Positions 28,007 to 42,478 of a stretch of 64,000 nucleotides of DNA are shown here, in pieces. Source of the stretch: Eledone cirrhosa (Eukaryota); the NCBI GenBank assembly GCA_964016885.1, contig OZ024748.1, positions 10,850,001 to 10,914,000 of the forward strand, given 5' to 3'. Under the pieces are notes generated by a model. That model was not told the origin of the DNA and did no database searches. It was given only the letters and a program-made list of their open reading frames with translations. Numbering within the stretch: the stretch's first letter is position 1; every line of letters begins with the position of its first letter. The position numbers and the translations under genes were made by a program.

Positions 28007-29591
28007 CTAAGTACTCCCTTTTATTTTTCTGTATTTATCCTTTGGGATCCTGTCTCTATATTTGTACTCTTGAAGAGGGGCTAAAGCCTGACACATCAAA
28101 CTTTCTTTCCTCTTTTCCATATAAAGTGTGAAACTAAGACATTATGTACCTCTGTTTTGTCATTTCCTTGAACTATATATATGTATATCTAAATAAATAT
28201 ATATATATAGTGAGTGGGTGAGAGATATAGAGATAAAGAAAGAAAGAGGGAGAGACAGATAGACAACACTGTCGACAGAGAACATATTTGAGGACATTTT
28301 CTTCCTCCTCCTCCATCCTTTATTCCTTCTCTTACATTTGTGTTCCAAGAAATGCAAACTAAAATTTTAGAACATTTTTTTTTTTTGTGAGAGCCTAGCG
28401 TTTGTGTGGCAGACTGACAACATGTAGTGCAACCATCACGGTAGAGGGTCGGACGTCATGCTTTGACGCATAGAATTACGGACCTTTCCATTTCATGAGT
28501 TCAAATCCCGCCGAGGTCAACTTTGCCTTTCATCCTTACAGGGTCAATAAAATAAAGTACCAGTAATGTACTGTGTAATTGCTGGCCTTGTACCAAAAGT
28601 AGAAACAATTATATTTACACTACATGTTGTGGTGTTATAACTTAGTATACGGGAGAGAGGTTCATCTAAAAACCTAGTACAATGAATGGTTTATTATGTT
28701 AGTAAAAGAACCGGTTTAGTACTTTAGAACAATGAATGGTTAAATAACCAAATAGATAAGAGCTAATCGGAATTTGCATGATGCAACAACAACAACAGCA
28801 ACAGCAACAACAGCAGCAACAACAACAAGAAAGTGAATTGAAGAGATAATTGAGATAGGAATTTGCTAAGTTTTGTTCTTCTGAACACAAAATATTTAAT
28901 CTAAATACTAAAAAAAAATAAACAAAAAAGTAAAACCAAAAAGACAAAAGAAAGACTTGATAGCCATTTGCTGTTATTTCTGATAATAAATATATATGTG
29001 TGTGTGTGTGTGTATAGATATATATGTGTGTGTGCGTGTGTGTATATATAGATATATATGTGTGTGTGTGTGTATGTATATATGATAGTCATTAAACGAT
29101 GATAATGATATATCATCATCATCATTTTACGTCCGCTTTTCCATGCTTGCAAGGGTGGGACGGGAACTGATTCTGGCTTGATTTCTACAGCTGGATGCCC
29201 TTCCTAACACCAACCTCATTTACAGTGAGTGCTGGGTGCTTTTTTTGCCGTGGCACCTCCACGACCACTTTGCAGTGGAATGATAGGGACCCCAGTCCCT
29301 ATCATCTCATTTCTACAGCTGAGTAAACTGGAGCAATGTGAAATAAAGTGTCTTGCTCAAGGAAACAACACATCACCCGGTCTGAGAATTGAACTCACAA
29401 CCTTTCGATTGCAAGGCCAATGCTCTAACCACTAAGACATGTGCCTACATGCATGTTTATATATATATATATATATATTTATACATCTATTTATACATAT
29501 ACATATATACATGTATATATGTATATATATATATATATGTATACATGTGTATATATGTATATATACACACATATATATATACATGTATATC

Positions 29592-29646
<55 letters not shown>

Positions 29647-30959
29647 TTGTATATATATATGTGTGTGTGTATATAAATTTATAAAATGTAATTTTTTTCT
29701 ATTATACAGACAATTTGTAGTTTATGTTGCAACAGTGGTCCAATCTTGAAATTGGTTTCTTCAGACGATACTATCTTCCTCTCCCTCCTCTTCTCCATCT
29801 TCGTCCTCTTCTTTATCTTATTCTTCTTCATCATCTTACTCATCATCATCTTCTCCATCCTCTCCATCATCTCCTACCTCTTCTTCTCTCTCTACTCCAC
29901 TGTTAATAGAGACAGCTACAATGCCAAATGTGATTCCAAATTGACATTTTTTTTTTTTATTCTGCTGGATTTTTTTTACACATTTAATTTCCACACACAC
30001 CACCACCATCACCACCATCACCACAACAATCACCATTCAACCACACCACCACCACCAGAACCACCACCACCACCACCACACACCACAACAATCACCACAC
30101 ACCACCACCATCATCACAACAATTCTCTCACACACACACCAACACCACAGTCACCACCACTGCCCCCTCCCCAATAGACAACCACCATCAGCTCATACAC
30201 ATAAGTCACAATTACCACCACCTACACACACACACACGTATGACCACCACCACTACAACCACATTAACACACACACACATTGATCACCACAACTACCACT
30301 ACTACCACCACAAACAAAACCACCACCTTCACACACACCCAAGCATGCCTAACCACCACCACTACCCCTCTCTACACACCAACACCACCACCACTACCCC
30401 ACTCTTTCTACACCACCACCATCCTCTCTACACACCAACACTACAACACACAACCACCACTACTGCCATCATCTGCGCCATATACACACCACCATCATCA
30501 CTGATTTCAAGAAGGATTTTGCTAGCAGCACTTTCGTGCCGTTGAAGACTTGGTCTTGGAATTCCATTGTGTGAGTGTGAGTGTGTGTGTGTGTGTGCCC
30601 CTTTCTTGGTAAAAGCATCTGCTAATCTCCTCTTTGTCCAGATCTTTTAGTTTTACTCAGCCCAATAAATGAATAAAACCATACCCTACAGGGTTGTTTT
30701 CCTTCTTGTTTTTTTTTGTTAGTAGCAGTATCACATTGTTGAAGACTTGGTCTTAGGATTCCTCTGGACGAAAGTGTGTGTGTGTGTGTGTCACATTCCT
30801 GGTAAAGAACATCTGTTAATTTTCCCACATTGTCCAATTCTTTTAATTTTATTCAAAGCAAAGCGAAACAAACTCTTCAAGATATTTTTTTTTCTTCTCC
30901 TTTATCAGTAGTAACACTATTGTGTTGCTGAAGACTTGGTCTTAAGATTCTTCTGTGTG

Positions 30960-31165
30960 TTTGTGTGTGATATATTCTCATCTGTAACATTTGATAATCA
31001 CATGGATGATGATTGCTGGGTGAGGAAGTACCAGAATATCTCAGTGGTAGGAAGTCACAGTAGAGGTAGACCAAGAAAGGGCAGAGGTGGTGAAAGCTGA
31101 TCTCAAATCGCTGAGACTCACAGAGGAGATGACAAAGGAACGCGACAAGTGAAGGAGACTGAAAA
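30960..31165 (+). mobile_element. Degenerate RTE LINE C-terminal fragment (related piece at 37920-38230)
   Basis: RGRPRK..EVVKADLKSLRLTEEMTKERDK-like reading with stops. Confidence 0.6.
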
Positions 31166-31335
31166 TAAGTCCTGGACCCAAGTTGGAAGACTCAAGTTGG
31201 GTTTCTACAAATGCACACTGCAGCAACGAGGGGCAGGGTGCAATCCATTTGCTGCAGGGGCAGTATAAGTGCAAATATGCCTGCCAAATAGTGCATTTGA
31301 AATATAAATATCCCACAAACTACAAAGATCTAGGA

Positions 31336-31462
31336 CAGAGGTTCTCAAACCTTTTGGACCACTTCCCCCTTCATCACGGCCCCAGTGTCCCTAGGACCTT
31401 CTCAACGATCCCGGGGGGGGGGGGGGGGGGGGGGGGCATAACACCCACTTTCAAAACCTCTG
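31336..31462. mobile_element. hAT (Charlie-like) MITE
   Basis: TIRs CAGAGGTTCTCAAA / TTTCAAAACCTCTG; 8-bp TSD ATCTAGGA / CTCTAGGA. Confidence 0.8.
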
Positions 31463-32081
31463 CTCTAGGACAATGAGATTGAACAGGTTTAATGTTGAAC
31501 AACAAAAGATATGTTCTATTCCTCAGAATTTGTCAACATTATAACACTAACTTACTCCTAGACTTTGTAGTATCTGCGATATTCACATCTCAAACGGCAT
31601 CAAATTTTTTTCTGTAACACCCTTCATATTCTTCAGAAATTATAGTAAAACACATTCTTTGAAAATGTGTCTTGGTAATAATATATTTCAACCTAGAAAC
31701 ACATGTATTAGTTCATTCAGTCTTAGATTCATTCATGTATCCATGCCGAACATATCAATCACTTGACTGACAAGAGGATAAATATCCAATCAATAATGTA
31801 TTCAAACTATTTCGTCTACTGAGACAACAATAACAATAATAATTATAATGTTATTGAAATGACTTAACTTCAAAGGAGATGCAAATGTACTACACAGCTC
31901 TTTATAATCACAATAATGTTCATGCATGAGAAATTAAGATTTGAATAATAAATATATAAATATATGATACACAATATATATACATATATTACACATTCAC
32001 ACACATACACATATATATATATGTATATAGTGTGTGTCAGATAGACTAAACGCTTACACATACACACACATATCTATATAT

Positions 32082-32320
32082 ATATTTATTAAAATAACAG
32101 ATTAAAGTTAAAACAAAGAATCGCTGCTTTCACCCTCAACGGGATCTTCTAAAACTCAGTTTCAGAAGATCCTGTTAAGGGTGAAAGCAGCAATTCTTTG
32201 CTTAAACTTTAATCTGTTATTTTAATAAATATTTGCTCTACGGTTCTTATATATTTGATATATGTTTATCCTTATCGAGCCCTCTTTGGATTTTAGTCTT
32301 CAAATTTATTATTATTACTA
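32082..32320 (+). mobile_element. Fold-back PLE-like insert
   Basis: Inverted repeat 32082-32232 with CAGAAGA-tcc..ggg-t-GAAAG just right of centre. The tail end is identical to 55462-55498. Confidence 0.65.
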
Positions 32321-33170
32321 TATATATATATATATTTAGATGGAAACTGCAGAAGCATATGCTAACATGAAAAAGCGGATATTAAATGATGATGATTATA
32401 TCATCATGATCATCATCATCATCATTTTACGTCCTCTCTTCCCTGCTTGCAAGGGTGGGACGGGAACTGATTCTGGCTTGATTTCTACAGCTGGATGCCC
32501 TTCCTAACACCAACCTCATTTACAGTGAGTGCTGGGTGCTTTTTTTCCGTGGCACCTCCACGACCACTTTGTAGTGGAATGATAGGGACTGGGACCTCAG
32601 TCCCTATCATCTCATTTCTACAGCTGAGTAAACTGGAGCAATGTGAAAAAAAGAGTGCTCTATGTATAGAACAGAGCTATTTAATTAGAAAGCGAACAAC
32701 ACAATATATAACTACTCCATTACCAAAGGTTTCAGGACGTCTAGATCGTTCATCAAACAGAGATGTTATATCAGACATTAGACGTATATTAATATTGTCT
32801 AGGGTCCTGAAACCTTTAGTAAATGGAGTAGTTATATATTGTGTTCACTTTTTAAGTGTATATATATATACATATATATATACATACATATATATATATT
32901 CCTAACGATCGACTTTCGTCAAATCGGACCGAGGAAACAGTGTTTCCATTGGTCTTTCCAATTGCTAATACTATCTATCGGTCGCAACTCCAGGAAGAAG
33001 GAGCAACGTAAAATAAAGTGTCTTGCTCAAGGACATAACGCATCGCCCGGTCCAGGAATCGAACTCACAACCTCACGATTGCGAATCCAGTTCTCTAACC
33101 ACTCAGCCACACGCCTTCACTATGCCTTCACTATATATATATATATATATATACATATATACATATATAT

Positions 33171-33240
<70 letters not shown>

Positions 33241-33790
33241 GAAAAAATGGGGAGAAGAATACTGCAGGTTGCACATGGATAACATGTAATAAAATAAGTC
33301 TCTCATCAGTGATTTGCCAACGATCATAGATATTTCATTGCATATATACATATACATAGTCATACAGAAGACCCGCCTTGCCTAAGTACAAAGCGAAACC
33401 TACAGTCAGTAGGCACCTCTAACAAAATACCCCCAAGCACACCCCCACCCCCCGGTCCCACTACCCCCACCCCATCCACACCACCCCCTTAAATATGAAG
33501 TTATGTTGGTACCACAACATCCAGTCCGAAACAAACGAGGTCGTGTAGGTGTCACGACAAAAAAACACAGTCCACGCTCTAATGTGGCCGTGTAGGTAAC
33601 ACGGTAAAAACCTCCCAGTCCACACTGTAAACGTGGTTGGTGTTAGGAAGGGCATCCAGCCGTAGAAAACCCGCCAGACAGTCCTATGCGAGCAGGACAA
33701 CAAATCTTGCCTCAAGTGCGAAACCTCCCGTCCAAACCCATGCAAGCATGGAAGATGGACGTTAAACGATGATGATGATGATGATGATAC

Positions 33791-33822
<32 letters not shown>

Positions 33823-34198
33823 ATATAATCATTTCACATCTATTTTCCCTGCTAGGTTAAGTTTGACAGGTGCATTTCATCATTTATCATGGCCCCAACA
33901 CAAGACAGGTTGTCATATGACTTTGACACAACTCAAGGCTCTTCTGGATCTTTTCTTTGGCAAGTTTTCTACGGTTGGATATCCTTTCTGTTACCAATCA
34001 CTTTACAGGGTGTACTGGGTGCACTATATTGTGTCATCAACACTAAAGAGTTTGCTGTGCTCTTGACACAACTGAAAAGTCCTCTTATCTCCTTTTTTGT
34101 ATGGTTTCCACAACTGGATGCCCTTCCTATCATTAACCTCGTTACAGGGTGTACTGGGTGCAATTAAATGGTTGCCATATCGAATAATTGGCACAGCA

Positions 34199-34290
34199 AC
34201 ATCATTGTCAACTGCTACAAGGGTAAAGGAGAGGCACTAGACAGAGGAAACTATAGAGGCATCAGCTTGCTGGACCAGGTTACGAAAGTA
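34199..34290 (+). mobile_element. RTE LINE RT fragment
   Basis: Reads IVNCYKGKGEALDRGNYRGISLLDQVTKV. Confidence 0.75.
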
Positions 34291-34716
34291 GAGAATTGGA
34301 TTCGCAATCATGAGGTTGTGATTTCAATTCCTTGAGCAGGTGATGCATTATGTCCTTGACCAAGATACTTTATTTCATGTTGCTCCTTCTGCCTGGATTT
34401 GCAACCGACAGATAGTATTAACAATTGGAAAGATCAATGGAAACATTGTTTCCTCAGTCCAATTTGACGAGCTCCCACTTGTTAAGCGAATGAGGTCTGA
34501 GATCTTATCAATTGACTGTCGATATATATATATATATGTGTGTGTTAATTAAGCGTGTAACAACGGTTACAGGTGGTGTGCCATTTGAAGCCCTCAATGT
34601 TGTTATGAGGAGGTCCGTTTCATTTGGGTTGTATTCCAGTGTTACGGCTGTAGTATGCAGAGAGTAAATAGATTTTAAAAAGTCAAAGTCTCTGCTGCAA
34701 CACTGACTTCGACTCT

Positions 34717-34772
<56 letters not shown>

Positions 34773-35087
34773 GATTTATCATTAGGAATTTTGTGAAATA
34801 AACAATATATATAGTTAATAGATTGAACTTTGACATTTCTGTTGTGGCAGCAACTAATTAAGAGGACAATAGTGATTTAATTGTAAATAATTATATGTTG
34901 TCAATTAGAAGAGAAAATAAATTTATGGTAAAGAGACAGAGAAGAAGTTTGGAGACAGAAAAAGACAGAATGTGGTAAACAGGAGAGGAGGAGAGACAAG
35001 AGAGAGAGAAAGAGAATAGAGAAGGAAGACAAGACTATGAAGAATGATGAAGATGGTAGAGACGAAGAGGAAGAAAATAAAAGATTA

Positions 35088-35722
35088 ACACTACCACCAC
35101 CAATAACAACTGCAACAACACCACCACCAACAACAACTGCAACAACACCACCACCAACAACAACAACTGCAACAACACCACCACCACCAACAACAACAGC
35201 AACAACACCACCACCACCACCACCAACAGAAACAACACCACGACCACCAATAACAACAGAAACAACACCACGACCACCAATAACAACAGAAACAACACCA
35301 CGACCACCAATAACAACAGAAACAACACCACCACCACCAACAACAACTGCAACACCACCACCACCAACAATAACAACAGAAACAACACCACCACCACCAA
35401 TAACAACAGCAACAACACCACGACCACCAATAACAACAGAAACAACACCACCAACAATAACAACTGCAACAACACCACCACCAACAACAACTGCAACAAC
35501 ATCACCACCAACAATAACAACAGAAACAACACCACCACCACCAATAACAACAGCAACAACACCACCACCACCACCACCAACAACACCAACAATAACAACA
35601 GCAACAACACCACCACCAACACCAACACCAACAATAACAATAACAACACCACCACCAACAATAACAACAGCAACAACACCACCACCAATAACCGTAACAC
35701 CACCACCATCAATAACCACAAC
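35088..35722. repeat. (ACA/CCA)n trinucleotide-based repeat
   Basis: Low-complexity array. Similar tracts at 12355-12845 and 29995-30500. Confidence 0.9.
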
Positions 35723-35851
35723 TTCACAACAACCAAGGAGACAATATTTCCACTGGTCTTTCCAATTACTGATACTACATACCGGTTGAAACTCCTAAAC
35801 TTATTAAATCCCTCCAAATTCTTATTTTCAAAACTATTTGAAAATCATAGA

Positions 35852-37376
35852 GTGTCTTTCATTAGAAATATGGAAATGGAAGGGTTAAAGACATAGGCAG
35901 TGTCTTTCATTAGAAATATGGAAATGGAAGGGTTAAAGACATAGGCAGTGTCTTTCATTAGAAATATGATAATGAAAGGGTTAAAGACATAGGCAGTGTC
36001 TTTCATTAGAAATATGACAATGAAAGGGTTAAAGACATAGACAGGGTCTTTCATTAGAAATATGATAATGAAAGGGTTAAAGACATAGGCAGTGTCTTTC
36101 ATTAGAAATATGATAATGAAAGGGTTAAAGACATAGGCAGTGTCTTTCATTAGAAATATGATAATGAAAGGGTTAAAGACATAGACAGGGTCTTTCATTA
36201 GAAATATGATAATGAAAGGGTTAAAGACATAGGCAGTGTCTTTCATTAGAAATATGATAATGAAAGGGTTAAAGACATAGGCAGTGTCTTTCATTAGAAA
36301 TATGATAATGAAAGGGTTAAAGACATAGACAGGGTCTTTCATTAGAAATATGATAATGAAAGGGTTAAAGACATAGGCAGTGTCTTTCATTAGAAATATG
36401 ATAATGAAAGGGTTAAAGACATAGGCAGTGTCTTTCATTAGAAATATGATAATGAAAGGGTTAAAGACAGAGACAGTGTGTTTCATTAGAAATATGATAA
36501 TGAAAGGGTTAAAGACATAGACAGTGTCTTTCATTAGAAATATGATAATGAAAGGGTTAAAGACATAGACAGTGTCTTTCATTAGAAATATGATAATGAA
36601 AGGGTTAAAGACATAGACAGTGTGTTTCATTAGAAATATGATAATGAAAGGGTTAAAGACATAGGCAGTGTCTTTCATTAGAAATATGATAATGAAAGGG
36701 TTAAAGACATAGACAGTGTCTTTCATTAGAAATATGATAATGAAAGGGTTAAAGACAGAGACAGTGTGTTTCATTAGAAATATGATAATGAAAGGGTTAA
36801 AGACATAGGCAGTGTCTTTCATTAGAAATATGATAATGAAAGGGTTAAAGACATAGACAGTGTCTTTCATTAGAAATATGATAATGAAAGGGTTAAAGAC
36901 ATAGACAGTGTGTTTCATTAGAAATATGATAATGAAAGGGTTAAAGACATAGACAGTGTCTTTCATTAGAAATATGATAATGAAAGGGTTAAAGACATAG
37001 GCAGTGTCTTTCATTAGAAATATGATAATGAAAGGGTTAAAGACATAGACAGTGTCTTTCATTAGAAATATGATAATGAAAGGGTTAAAGGCATAGGCAG
37101 TGTCTTTCATTAGAAATATGATAATGAAAGGGTTAAAGACATAGACAGTGTCTTTCATTAGAAATATGATAATGAAAGGGTTAAAGGCATAGACAGTGTC
37201 TTTCATTAGAAATATGGTAATGAAAGGGTTAAAGACATAGACAGTGTCTTTCATTAGAAATATGATAATGAAAGGGTTAAAGACATAGACAGCGTCTTTC
37301 ATTAGAAATATGATAATGAAAGGGTTAAAGACATAGACAGCGTCTTTCATTAGAAATATGGTAATGAAAGGGTTAA
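35852..37376. repeat. 48-bp minisatellite (about 32 copies)
   Basis: Unit GTGTCTTTCATTAGAAATATGATAATGAAAGGGTTAAAGACATAG(G/A)CA. Confidence 0.97.
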
Positions 37377-39202
37377 ATCTGTATCTGTGACAGTTGTTGT
37401 AATGGCCACTAAGGAATTGAACTGATTAATAATGAACCAGTGTAGACTTTGATAAAAAAAACCTACAAGAGAAAAAACAGTTGGACATTTTATTAAATAA
37501 ATATGACAGACTCCAATAAATGACCCGCACCCACCTCAACCATACCACTCCTGTTGAATGTTCCAGTTGTTCAAGCAATAAAACGGCCCACTGCTGGGCA
37601 TTCACCTGCTGCGGCCCTAAACTACATGAAATTTTGAGGCCCTTCTCAAAAAAAATATTATTATTATTTTTTATATCAATGATAAAGAATAATATATATA
37701 TTATTGTGGATTGTCTCTTTGTTGACCACTGGCCATGCAGTGACATCTGTAAAAAATGTGGACTGAGGTGTGAAAACTGATCTCAAGAAACTGAACCTTC
37801 ACAAAGGAGATGTCAGAAAATAGAAGAAACAAGTGGGGAGATGTTGTACAGCAAAAAAATTCATCAAACTCTTGACAGGTTGGAAAAACCAGGTGCAAAA
37901 ACAATAATGATAATAATGTAAATGTGAGAGAAGGGCAGAAACTGGGTTTAAGAGGAATCAGAAGTGGTGTGGAGGAAAGAAGACTGTATTGGTATGGACA
38001 TTTGATGTGTATGGATGATGATCACTGGGTGAAGAATTGCCAGTAAATCCCAGAGGAAGGAAGCTGCAGCACTAGAGGTAGACCAAGAAAGACCTGGGCA
38101 GAGATGATGAGAGGTGATGACGAAGGAACCCATCAAATAGAGAGATGCTGTACCGAAAAGACTCGTCCAACCTATGCAAGCGTGGAAGAACAGATGTAAA
38201 AAATGGTGATGATGAGGATGGTGATGATGATATATCATATGAAAAACAGACATACACTGCTGATACTGAAATCAAACAGACTTATAAACTGAAAAAGACA
38301 AGAAAAGAAACTTCACAAGAGTCAAGGAAGAAAACTGAACTTTGCCTTCAGGAAAGACTTCCAGGAAATCCATGGTGGACCAATGCCAAACAACTCCCCA
38401 CCCCACCATGCCTCTCCAAGCAAACAAACAAACAAAAAAAAACAACAGAAAAAAACCCTTCACTTCATTCAGCAATGAATATAAATATAATTTCTTTCTT
38501 GGTCAGTGAGGAACCAAAATAAATATCTGTTGATCCAAACAATTATTTCATTAATCTTTAAGTCGGCCACACACACCTATAAATCACTTTATACTGTATA
38601 GAGTCTATACACTTACATGTTGGTATGTGTATGTAAGTTTATGTATGTGTGCATATATTTGTGTGTATGTGCATGTTTATATATATGTGTGTATGCATAT
38701 GTGTGTGTATGTTTTTGTATATATATAAATATATATATATATATGCCACCACCACCATCATCATCATCATTTTTACATCCTCTTTTCCATGCTTGAATAT
38801 ATATGAATGTGTGTATGTATACATGTGTGTGTACATGTGTGTACACGTGTAAGTACATATAGCTTGTGGCGAGGTCAGCCTTCGAGAGAAACCACAAATA
38901 TGTATTCAACCATTTGTTTGTTATAATTTATTGGGTTGGTTTTTATTCAACATTACCACCAATGTTGCAGTCCTTCTATAGATAGACAGTGAACAAACAA
39001 TGATTTAGTCATACTACTGCTAGCAATAATTGCTTCTACTTTAGGCACAAAGCCAGCAATTTGAAGGGGAAGGGAAAGTCAATTAAATCGACCCCAGTGC
39101 ATTACTGGTGCTTTATTTTATCGACCCTGTAAGGATGAAAGGCAAAGTTAACCTCGGTGGGATTTGAACTCAGAACGTAAAGAACTGTAATTATATGCCA
39201 CA

Positions 39203-39390
39203 TAGGCGGTGGATTGGCAGTATTGGTAGAGTGTCGGATGCCATGCTTTGGCGCATAGAGTTACGGCCCTTGCCATTTTGAGTTCAAATGCCGCCGAGGT
39301 TAACTTTGCCTTTCATCCTTACGGGGGTCGATAAAATAAAGTACCAGTAATACACTGGGTAATTGCTGGCCTTGTGCCTAACGTAGAAAC
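39203..39390 (+). mobile_element. tRNA-derived Meta-domain-like SINE nested in an antisense copy of the same family
   Basis: GAGTTCAAAT..GAGGTTAACTTTGCCTTTCATCCTT..GTCGATAAAATAAAGTACC with a 14-bp TSD AATTATATGCCACA (39189 and 39391). Other copies at about 4405, 6040, 9880/10140, 11300, 28440, 42918 (17-bp TSD) and 45240. Confidence 0.85.
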
Positions 39391-41907
39391 AATTATATGC
39401 CACAAAGCATGTTGGTCAACGCTCTACCAATTCTGCCAATCCACAATATTAATATTAATAATAACAAGATCAATAATAAGAAAAGAAGTGCAAAAAATTG
39501 TTTTAACAGACACGGCACACACATTGAGAAGAGCACACTATTACTGTGAGAAAGATAATCATCTATGTAATTTTTTCACATTACTTTATTAGATTATATT
39601 CCATAATTATGTAAGTTGTAAATAATTGAGCTCTCTTATATGATTGAATATCATTCTGTTGTAAATATGATTTTAAACAGATGTACTCATGTATGTATAA
39701 AGCAAATGATATACTTGTAATTGTGTAAAGTATGGACGTGAACAATCTGGTGTGCTTATTTTGGGGGCTTATCAATGTATGCAGAGCTATATTATATCGA
39801 CCCCCACAAGGATGAAAGGCAAAGCTAACCTCGGTGGGATTTGAACTCAGAAAGTAAAGGAACGTAACTCTATGCTGTGAAGTATGGTGTCCGATGCTCT
39901 ACCACCCTTCTAATAACAATAATAATAAAAAAAATAATGAAAATAGCAGTTGACTTACAAAGTGTATGTGTGGGGGTGGGGTGGGGGGTCTCTATCCAAT
40001 GTCGCACCTCCAGGGGAACTTTGCCTGATTTTCTCAACTATTATTTACAGTGATCTAAAGTACCAGTAATACACTGGGATAATTGCTGGCCTTGTGCCAA
40101 AAGTAGAAAATTATTTACAGTGATCAACTATTATTGTAGTTATTTGCATTGGGAGGTACACATTTAAAAAATAATAACCTTAAATGTAATGGTGTCATTA
40201 CTTGTGTCAGTGTTTACTGAGGATAGGTTGAGGTACCCCCATCTAGTGAATCCAGGTGTTACAATTAGAGGCTGCCTATGTACAGTCATCACTGACCTAA
40301 GAGACATAGAGATGGAGAGAGGATATGTATGATAAATGTACCCAGTACATGCTGTAAAGTGGTTGGTGATAGGAAGGGCATCCCGCCATAGAAAACTTTC
40401 CAAACAAAGGGTTGGGAGGACCCTCAGTTGTGTCAAAAGCATGACAACTTCTGAACACTTGATGAAACGTGAGACCATACATAAGTGAGACAGATTTTTA
40501 TAAAGGAAAGTAAAACCCCAACCACGAAGACTAGGCGTTGTAGTCAGGTCTTTACCTTCCTTTATATATATATACATATATATATAATCATCACTGTCAT
40601 TTTAACGTTTGCTCTCCTTGCTCGCAAGGGCTGGACATATCTATATAGACCAAGTCTGTACTGAAGTGGAGCACAGATCTCCCAAGCAAACCTTTATACC
40701 CACTCTGCTTCTTCCAATGCATAGAGTACAACCCTGATTTTGTCTCCCTAGTCTTGCCACAACAGACTTTACATATGTATATAGTGTGTGTGTGTTAGGA
40801 AGGGCATCCAGCTGTAAAAACCTTGGCCAAATTTACAGTCCCATCACAGCAATGTATACCATGGCCAATCCTGGCCAGACTTGTCTCTCAATACAGACGG
40901 CCTGTCTGACCCATGCAAGCATGGAAAAATGGACACTTTATATAAAGAGAGAGTGGGGGCTAGATATAGGGGGATAGGAAGAGAGAGAGAGAAAGAAAGA
41001 AAGAGTTTATAATGTCATTAGCTATCAATACTAGGTTCACACCCTAGTCTGGACTACAGACACAAAATAAAAGACTATGTAATATAGTAAATTCAATACT
41101 GCTTTATATTCATATGGTCACAACATTCCTTTATGGATTATTCTAATTCTGAAAGGAAAAATAAAATAAAAACTACACACAGTTGTTGTTGTTGTGGTAG
41201 TAGTGGTTGTTATTTTGATTGATCTAAATTCAATATAGCTTGCCTATTTATTACTGTAGACACACAAACACTTGAACTTTTTCTTCAGCTCAATAAACAT
41301 TTGATATAAACAGTGATTTTAACATTAAATTTCATTAAAACAATTTTCTATTTTTGAATTTGTTATTGTTGTTGTGGTTGTGGTGGTATGTAACTTATTT
41401 CCTTCAACACATATTATAAGATTAATATTTCATACAAGATACAGCAATGTGGGCCACAAAGGTGTTCTCTGAGGGCCTGAAACCTTTTCAAATGTATATA
41501 TATATGATATAATACACAGGGACCATTGAGGTGTTCTCTGAGGGCCTCAGACCTTTTTTTAAATATATGTAAGATATAATATAATATACATGTGGGTCAT
41601 TTGAGGTGTTTTCTGTGGGCCTCAGATCTCTTCAAATTCGGGCCATGTACACAACTAAAAAAACATGTAGCTACTAATCATTGATATATATGTATATATA
41701 ATATATTAAAACTGTAGTACATATGTTAAAGGTCTGCCAAGCTGGAGAGAGAGGAGTGTGAGGGGGGCAGGTCACAATGCTATTTCATTCATTTAACTTT
41801 TAATTCCAGCTCACGTAAAACCACAAAACAAAATAAGCCCAAACAAGATGTCTGTTAGTGCAACTAGTATATTTTCCAAATGTTATTCTCTGGGTGTTTT
41901 GCAGCGG

Positions 41908-42478
41908 GCCTCCTGCCATACAGACAAGATCTAACACTACTGCATATGGCCTCCTGTCACATATATTAACCCAAGATTTAACCTCACTATCTACAGTCGC
42001 CTGCCATATAGCCAAGCTCTAACCCAATATGTACAGCCTCCTGCCATATAGACAAGCTCTAACCCAAAATATACGGCCTCCTGCCATATAGCTAATCTCT
42101 AACCTAATATGTATGGCCTACTGCCATATAGACAAGATCTTCCCATACTACCTATGGGCTGTAGTCTCACAGACAAAATATCGCCTTACTAACTACAGGC
42201 TCTAATCACAGACAAGATATCGCCTTACTAACTACAGGCTCTAATCACAATGACAAGATATCGCCTTACTAACAATGGGCTGTACTTATATAGACAATAT
42301 CTTGCCTTATTGACAATGGACTGCAATCATATAGACAAGATATCACCTTATTAACTACGAGGTGCAGGAATATAGAGAAGATCTCGCCTTACTAACTCGG
42401 GCTGTAGTCATATACACAGATATCGCCTTATTAACAATGGGCTACATTCATATATAGACAAGATATCGCCTTACTACC
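41908..42478. repeat. Diverged tandem repeat of about 40 bp
   Basis: Recurrent CTGCCATATAGACAAG and AGACAAGATATCGCCTTACTAAC units. Confidence 0.8.

Noticed and set aside
28066-28105. Hammerhead-like TTGAAGA-ggggctaaagcct-GACAC
   Set aside because: Both core boxes are altered and there is no stem I; too degenerate to call.
35035-35817. Mucin-like Pro/Thr ORF and antisense Val/Gly ORFs
   Set aside because: Trinucleotide low-complexity repeat open in many frames, with no splice support.
35845-37350. 501-aa repeat ORF, or a CRISPR-like array
   Set aside because: Head-to-tail 48-bp units with no unique spacers and no cas genes; the frame is open only because 48 is a multiple of 3.
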